Assembly: GCA_951406725.2 (NCBI GenBank)
Contig: OX597823.1
Coordinates: 30,752,001-30,816,000, forward strand
DNA length: 64,000 nucleotides
Direction of reading: 5' to 3'
Source of the DNA: Octopus vulgaris
Taxonomy: Eukaryota
Shown piece after piece: positions 58,036-64,000 of the stretch. The position numbers were made by a program, and so were the translations under genes. The notes beneath the pieces are model-generated. The model did not search any database. It was given only the letters and a program-made list of their open reading frames with translations, and was not told where the DNA came from. The first letter of the stretch is position 1, and each line of letters starts with the position of its first letter.

Positions 58036-61000
58036 TCACTGGAATACTTCTGTATATACGATGTTCCTAGCTGTCCGTTTGGGCGAAAACATGAAAACAT
58101 CATTGCGCCTCCCAACGCGTGAACAGCCCACGTAGAGTTGACCGTGGGCGAAGCACTGTTCGCCCAAATGTAACCCAGCGACTTGTAGCGTTTGGCCTTG
58201 GGATTTATTAATGGACATTGCGAAGCAGAGTTTAACAGGAAACTGAGAACGCCTGAAGTGGATTGGTAGGTCAGCGCCCGACGGTTGAAGGTGCATCCGT
58301 GGAATGAAGACGTCCTCTGCCTTCCCACAACCGGTAAGTATTGTGGCCGTTATTAAATGTGGTGCCAAATGTTTCACAACCAAACGTGTGCCGTTGCACT
58401 GTTTAGGTGGAACCAAATTCCTGATGAGCATAATGGGCGCACCGACTTTTAACTTCAGGATGTGTGGTGGCAGGCCTGGCGGTTCAAGTGAATTCAGGAA
58501 TTCAACAGGATAATCGGCAAGCTGGGCGGGGTCTGCTGTCCTATCTATAGATTTGTAGACGTGGACATCACCAGGAATAGCTTCAAGTAGCTGGATATTG
58601 ATGGAGTTGACGGTTGTATTTTTGGGTGCGAGAATAGCTCTGCCTGCCAGCCATTTTAGGTCGCGTAAAATGTTTTGTAGGTCGTGGAAGACAGCGTCCC
58701 GGAGGCTAGCAGGGGTGTCGACAATGGTGCAAAGTGAGTCCAATTGAACGTAGCCATCCGCATCAGACAGCATCCTATTTTCACCGAGCGATAAGAGGTC
58801 CCTGGAGAATGCAGCGGATCCGCTGTCACCAATTAACTGCGCGCGCATGTTAGTTTGGAGGTGCAAGGGCCGCACATGTGCCCAAAGAGCTGACGACTTA
58901 AGGCACGCGCGCACGGCATCGGCACGGGTTCCTTTTGGAATAACAGGTAGAGTCTGCCTGAAGTCTCCTGAAAGAAGTAAAGTTAATCCTCCCATGGGGG
59001 CCGTAGAGTCTCTCATGTCTTGCAGGGACCTGTCCAGTGCCTCAAGGGCGCCTTTTTGTGCCATAGTGCACTCGTCCCATACGATGAGTTTGCATCTGCG
59101 CAGAATGTCGGCCTGTTCTGAGTTCTTGGCGATGTTGCAGATAGGTGACTCGGACTTTGCCAGATCGAGCGGGAGTCTGAAGGCAGAGTGGGCGGTTCTG
59201 CCACCCGGAAGCAACGTGGCCGCGATACCAGAGGAAGCTACAGCCAGGGCAATGTCCGTGTTGCGTCTGACCTCTGCCAGAATTAGTTTAGTGACGAAGG
59301 TTTTGCCAGTGCCGCCGGGTGCATCAAGGAAGAAAATCCCCCCACGTTGCTGTCTGACAGAGTCTACGATGGTGTTGTAGGCTATGCGCTGGTCTGGAAG
59401 CAGCCGTGGTTCATTATCTTGGACGTACTGGTGCAGTTCCTCAATGCAGTAGGAAGTTTCGCGTAACAATTCAGCAGACATAACATTGGCGTGTTCACGT
59501 GTGGGTGGTGGAAGGCCGTACTCTGTTAAAGCAGACCCACCCATATCGATGACAGCGTCTTCGAGTTGAATGAGCGCAAAATTGTAAATGAAGTTGGTGA
59601 ACGTGATCTCGGCGGAAGGGCAGTGTTGCTGAGCCGTACTTAAGAAGTCGTGCGACATGTCATCCCTGTATTTCATCCAGAGACTTAGTGGATCACTAAG
59701 CTGACATTTTTGAAGAAGGATTGCGAAAAGATGTCGTAGGGCCGAATGCGTTTGCAGTAAAGCACCCTCTGCCATCGTGGCGTCCCACTGGGAGTCATCC
59801 TCTAGAAGGCCAAGTCTCATACATGCTTCTCTGAAGGTGTCGCACAGAACCCCATTGACGGTACGTATATTGGCGAAACCTGTTGGACCAGTGACCTCAT
59901 GTAGAAGGAGACGGAGGTAGAAGCATTCTTGCTGGTTTGGCGGGATGTTGTAAACTCGACCCAGGCAGGAGTCAAACTTGACGCCTGGGAAGCTTTCGAC
60001 GTTTTTGCCGGATTTCCGTCGAACCCAGGTGTTTTTAGACCACACGAAGTACGATGGGACCTGTGGGTACAAAAGCGTTCGAGCGAAGTCATCACGTTGG
60101 CATAATTTGAAGAAACCAGTCAACGTTGTGTCTTTAGGGCTGGTGGCTATCTGCACAGCACTTTGCTCTGTGAAGTAAATCCGCTGTCCATTTTCCAAGT
60201 GTACAGCAAGCTGTACCACAGCCGGGTGTCTCTGATGGAGCGGGAAGCCGTAAATGCGCCAAAACGCTTCGTTGCTGCTGAGGTACCGGCCAGCCAAGTA
60301 GTTGGACACTTCGTCGCGACTGGTGGTCCTCTGGATGCTGAACATGGCAGCATCGCTGCCTTTGTTGATATATTTGCAGACATATTGTATTGACCTGATG
60401 GAGCTGCAGAACTCAACGTTGACGTGGGCTTTGAATATCTTCGACAGGAGAGGACAGTAGGGGACAATGTAGCTGTTGTCCACTTGATGTCGCCCAACCA
60501 TAATCGTGCGGCCTCCATTGGCTGGACTCCTTCGTTTGTACAGCGGATACCCATCGCCGCCTGTTTGAGTCTCCAAAGTGAACCGTTTAGGGAATCCCTT
60601 TGAGCAGGCTAATCCGTTTTTGTAGCATGGTGTGTTGGCGTAATTTGGTCCACAGGGCCCGTGTACCATGGTAGTGCGGACAATTTCGTAGAGTCCGGGG
60701 TCCTCATCGGGGTCAGGAATCTCGGCGGAAATGAATTTGTCAATGTCATTAGTCTCGATTTTATGAGTGAGCCAAATTAAGATGTGAGCATGTGGCAAGC
60801 CCCTCTTTTGCCACTCGACCGAAAACATGTGGCACCTGACATGCCCGAAAATCTGACCCTTAACTATCAAATCCTTCATTTTGCCCAAATTCAGACGGAA
60901 AACCCTAGCAACGATGTCGTGTCGATGGGTGTGAGATTGACCCGGGAGGAGTTCGCGAGTGATTTCGTCGCAGCTGGGATTGCACGTGTAGGTGATAAAG

Positions 61001-62907
61001 AGGTCCGGCCGGCCGTAAATGCGCACGTAGGTCAAGGCGTCTTGGGTCCTTTCACGCATATATCGCGGTCCTCCCGTGAAGGTGGAGGGTAGAATGCATG
61101 GCTTGCCGATGTTGCGAGGGTCATTTTCTTGTTGCAAACCGTCACGGAGATGAATGTAGGAGTCGGAGCGAAGTTTGGTTTGATTAAGTTTAATGTATAG
61201 CAGCCTTTCCGATTCCATTTTTGCGGCCATGTCGACGGCGAACTTGTTGAATAGCTGACGACAACGGGGAAATAAGTTGAACTCACCCTCCCTGACCATG
61301 AACCGGTATGAGTAGAACGCCCTGCAGGAAACCGTCTTTGATGCCGCAGTAGTTTGATTGGAGGGCTGCCGTAAAGGAATTCCGAAGTGGTAGCCGTCTT
61401 CCCCATAAGGGAAAAGCAATGGATACTGAAGCGCGTCATAAGATCTGTGAGTCTCGCTGATCCTGTGTAGGTTGTTACCACGGGAGGAGATGATTATGTC
61501 ACGGCTGTTGTGTTGCTCTCCGTGTATGACTGCGGCAATTTCGTTGCACGCAGGTGCGTTGAAACGGCGTTCGTGCTCCCCGTGGGGTCGTTTATCAGCA
61601 TCAATGACAACGGTGAAGTTTGGAGATGGAGCACTGCCCAAGGCATATCTGAAGCTGCAGACGTAGCTGTTGATATCATGAAGCATGGTTTGGAGACGGA
61701 GAAGAATGTCTTTGCGGGGAACATAGCTTGTACCCGGTATTATTCCAAGGCGTGCATCAACCTGGTGGTTGTAGTCGGCAATGAAGTATATTTGGAGGAA
61801 AGAAGACTGCTGAATCTCGTCTGGCAGAAGTGACCCAATAAGATGGTAGACCTGTCCCTGCACTTTGAAAGTAGGCATCCAGCCTTCTCTGGGAGGAATT
61901 TTGGCCCCGAAAGAGGTCATTTGGAATGAGCAGTTGTACTTTCGAATTATTTCAAGGAATTGTGACGAATCGGGGGTTAAACCCGCCGCGAGATCCTTCA
62001 GTAGTTGAGGTGGTTCCCGTAGGGGTGGCAGGTCCACTTTGCCACCAGAGCAGCACAAACCAGGTGGCTCTCCGGGCCATTTCTTGGCTTTGCAAAACTG
62101 GCATACAATTGTCATTGACCCTATCTTGATGTCGTCACGCAAGGAGAAGTTAATTGTGGCGTCGTAGTTGAATGCTAGTGACAACCAGAAAGCGGGGGCA
62201 GGGGTACGTACACCACGAATGATATCCCGACGTTTGTTGATACTCTCAAGTCGAGTGCACCGTGCCTCAGCAGATTCAGATGCACGTGCGACAGCGGTAG
62301 CAGTGGCATCCCTTGAAAGCCTTTCAGCTCTCGCCTCAGCACCCTCTGAAGCCCTAGCAGAAGCAGTGTTAATGGCATGTCTGGATGTCCGAATAGTCCG
62401 TTGGTGTGGAGTTTCGGCAGATCGAGCCCTGGCTGTGTTTGCGGCGTTAGCAGCTTGGCGAGCTCTCCTCTGTTGAGGTGTTTCGGCAGCTTTGGCCATG
62501 GCTTTGTTTGCGGCGTCAGCATCTTGGCGAGTTCTCCTCTGCTGTGAGGTTTCGACAGATCGTGTCCTGGCAGTGCTAGTGGCGTTAGCCGCATTCCGAA
62601 TGGCCCTTTGTTCGGGGTTCTCGCGAGCTCTGCGGATGGAAGCACAGTAAGAAGCCCGCATGTTTTGGCTGGACTGTTGCTCTTTCGTCAACCTCGAGCG
62701 GAGGGAAGATCTGTACGCTGCGACCCTTGCAAGTCGGGTAGAACGGTCGCTAGTAGTTTCAGATGCCTGAGCAGCGGCATAACGGGAAGCTGTTTGCGAG
62801 AGGCGCAAGGCGGTTTCCTCGTGGGTCTCGCGTGCCCTTCTAGCCCTAGCAGCCGATGCCTTGGCCGTCCGAGGGCTGAGGAGGGTCCTTCTCTTCTTGG
62901 GTGGCAT
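58036..62907 (-). CDS. Helitron Rep (HUH-Y2) / PIF1-family helicase transposase, ~1623 aa, intronless
   Basis: N-terminal 23-aa repeats, a CxxC..CC zinc motif, Rep motifs FITYTCNP, VEWQKRGLPHAHILIW and YVCKYINKG, and helicase motifs DAPGGTGKT, WDECTM, GDFRQTLPV, MSINKSQGQT and HGQLYVGCSRV. The first ATG is at 62907 (MPPKKRR). Confidence 0.95.
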   Translation of the reverse strand: MPPKKRRTLLSPRTAKASAARARRARETHEETALRLSQTASRYAAAQASETTSDRSTRLARVAAYRSSLRSRLTKEQQSSQNMRASYCASIRRARENPEQRAIRNAANATSTARTRSVETSQQRRTRQDADAANKAMAKAAETPQQRRARQAANAANTARARSAETPHQRTIRTSRHAINTASARASEGAEARAERLSRDATATAVARASESAEARCTRLESINKRRDIIRGVRTPAPAFWLSLAFNYDATINFSLRDDIKIGSMTIVCQFCKAKKWPGEPPGLCCSGGKVDLPPLREPPQLLKDLAAGLTPDSSQFLEIIRKYNCSFQMTSFGAKIPPREGWMPTFKVQGQVYHLIGSLLPDEIQQSSFLQIYFIADYNHQVDARLGIIPGTSYVPRKDILLRLQTMLHDINSYVCSFRYALGSAPSPNFTVVIDADKRPHGEHERRFNAPACNEIAAVIHGEQHNSRDIIISSRGNNLHRISETHRSYDALQYPLLFPYGEDGYHFGIPLRQPSNQTTAASKTVSCRAFYSYRFMVREGEFNLFPRCRQLFNKFAVDMAAKMESERLLYIKLNQTKLRSDSYIHLRDGLQQENDPRNIGKPCILPSTFTGGPRYMRERTQDALTYVRIYGRPDLFITYTCNPSCDEITRELLPGQSHTHRHDIVARVFRLNLGKMKDLIVKGQIFGHVRCHMFSVEWQKRGLPHAHILIWLTHKIETNDIDKFISAEIPDPDEDPGLYEIVRTTMVHGPCGPNYANTPCYKNGLACSKGFPKRFTLETQTGGDGYPLYKRRSPANGGRTIMVGRHQVDNSYIVPYCPLLSKIFKAHVNVEFCSSIRSIQYVCKYINKGSDAAMFSIQRTTSRDEVSNYLAGRYLSSNEAFWRIYGFPLHQRHPAVVQLAVHLENGQRIYFTEQSAVQIATSPKDTTLTGFFKLCQRDDFARTLLYPQVPSYFVWSKNTWVRRKSGKNVESFPGVKFDSCLGRVYNIPPNQQECFYLRLLLHEVTGPTGFANIRTVNGVLCDTFREACMRLGLLEDDSQWDATMAEGALLQTHSALRHLFAILLQKCQLSDPLSLWMKYRDDMSHDFLSTAQQHCPSAEITFTNFIYNFALIQLEDAVIDMGGSALTEYGLPPPTREHANVMSAELLRETSYCIEELHQYVQDNEPRLLPDQRIAYNTIVDSVRQQRGGIFFLDAPGGTGKTFVTKLILAEVRRNTDIALAVASSGIAATLLPGGRTAHSAFRLPLDLAKSESPICNIAKNSEQADILRRCKLIVWDECTMAQKGALEALDRSLQDMRDSTAPMGGLTLLLSGDFRQTLPVIPKGTRADAVRACLKSSALWAHVRPLHLQTNMRAQLIGDSGSAAFSRDLLSLGENRMLSDADGYVQLDSLCTIVDTPASLRDAVFHDLQNILRDLKWLAGRAILAPKNTTVNSINIQLLEAIPGDVHVYKSIDRTADPAQLADYPVEFLNSLEPPGLPPHILKLKVGAPIMLIRNLVPPKQCNGTRLVVKHLAPHLITATILTGCGKAEDVFIPRMHLQPSGADLPIHFRRSQFPVKLCFAMSINKSQGQTLQVAGLHLGEQCFAHGQLYVGCSRVGRRNDVFMFSPKRTARNIVYTEVFQ

Positions 62908-63028
62908 TTTGGTGGATAGCAATGTGTTTGGCAAAGGTGTAATAAAAAGGAACACGTGGGGTAAGTATTTTGGTGGATAGCAATGTGTTTGGTAAAGGTG
63001 TAATAAAAAGGAGCTCGTGGGGTAAGTA
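62906..63028. repeat. 61-bp tandem duplication immediately upstream of the RepHel start codon
   Basis: attttggtggatagcaatgtgtttgg.aaaggtgtaataaaaagga.c.cgtggggtaagt occurs twice. Confidence 0.85.
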
Positions 63029-64000
63029 TCCGAAAATGTATAAAAAGTACAAAAACGGCCAAAAAGCTGGCAGCAATGTGAGTGACAACAACGAAAAAGT
63101 CAAAAGTGATCAAACTGAACAAACAAAAGGAAAAGTTTTTTGATGCACACGACAAAAGTGGTTTATAATAAACCAAGAGTTTGCAAGTAGCATCCGAGGA
63201 CCGTTAGGGTACGTCAAAAATTGAAGGTAAAACGTTTGGGGTGGTAGTTATAAAGAAAGTTTAAACAAAAAAAGTATTCGAATAACTTGCGGCTGCAGCA
63301 GCTATTAGCAGAAGTGGCGGTGTTGGGGGTAAAGTCTCGAATGTAATTTCTTCCTGGTAGGAATTGGTTGGATCGAATTATCGATAGCTAAAAAGGTCAA
63401 GTTGCGTCCCCTAGACAGTCTGGTTTGTGTTTAATACACAAATTTGTTTGCTATGTGTGCCACATATGATTAAATTAACCGATTTTTTCCAATAATGTAT
63501 CCTATTGGAATAAAAAGGGCTATATAGCTCCTTGGAGCAGACATGATGCTCGTTGTGAAAAAAAAAAGATTCCTGCCAATTTGTGAAAGATATTGTCGAA
63601 AATATGTCATCTTGAATTTGAACGCGATTTCCCAAAATGGCATGATTTTATCGATTGTTTCTGATGGTAAGGTATTGCATGGAAAACTAACGTCAGAATT
63701 GAGTTTCTTAGGGTAACATTAAGCTTCACCATGAGTTTGGTGAAAATCGATTGCAAGTTGAGAAAACTACCATAGATAATGCGTTGCATAAAAAAAGCTT
63801 AGATTCTCGAGTTGCGTCCCCTAGACAGTCTGTGGTTCATGTTTATGATTCTCGACCCCATGTCGAATTTATCAATTTTTTTCAGAACTGGGGGAACTTT
63901 TCAAAATTTTCGCTGCGTTAGTTTTGAATTATGACATTGGGCTATGTGTGTGTCAAGTTTCATCAGAATCGGTTGAAAGCCGTGGTCAGGGTGAGGGTAC

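Larger units (their letters stand above)
57914..64000 (-). mobile_element. Autonomous Helitron (5' end just beyond the window)
   Basis: 3' hairpin cccgggcaacgccggg plus CTAG|T at 57914, intact RepHel ORF, and a 5' subterminal sequence shared with 45157-45542. Confidence 0.92.

Noticed and set aside
58304-62919. Alternative-frame and antisense ORFs overlapping the Helitron gene
   Set aside because: Shadow ORFs of a GC-rich coding sequence, with no recognisable motifs.

Overview
AT-rich, microsatellite-saturated eukaryotic DNA that is almost entirely mobile elements and simple repeats. The repeat types suggest a cephalopod (octopus) genome, which is an inference. Only one long ORF is intact: a ~1620-aa Helitron Rep/PIF1-helicase on the minus strand (58036-62907). 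Decayed elements include two Tc1 transposons, three mariners, mariner- and piggyBac-type MITEs, three non-autonomous Helitrons, two Tx1-like LINEs inside (TATC)n, RTE, APE and Penelope remnants, and several tRNA-derived SINE families. The main signal not shown by the ORF track is about 20 minimal type-I hammerhead-ribozyme (HHR) motifs in roughly a dozen short non-coding element families. These elements have palindromic stem III sequences and covarying core variants, many begin with an inverted copy of their own 3' part, and most lie in (TA)n. One carries a tRNA-derived Pol III head. This looks like a large, diverse population of Penelope-mobilised ribozyme elements. All structures were folded by eye, element boundaries are approximate, and no database searches were run.
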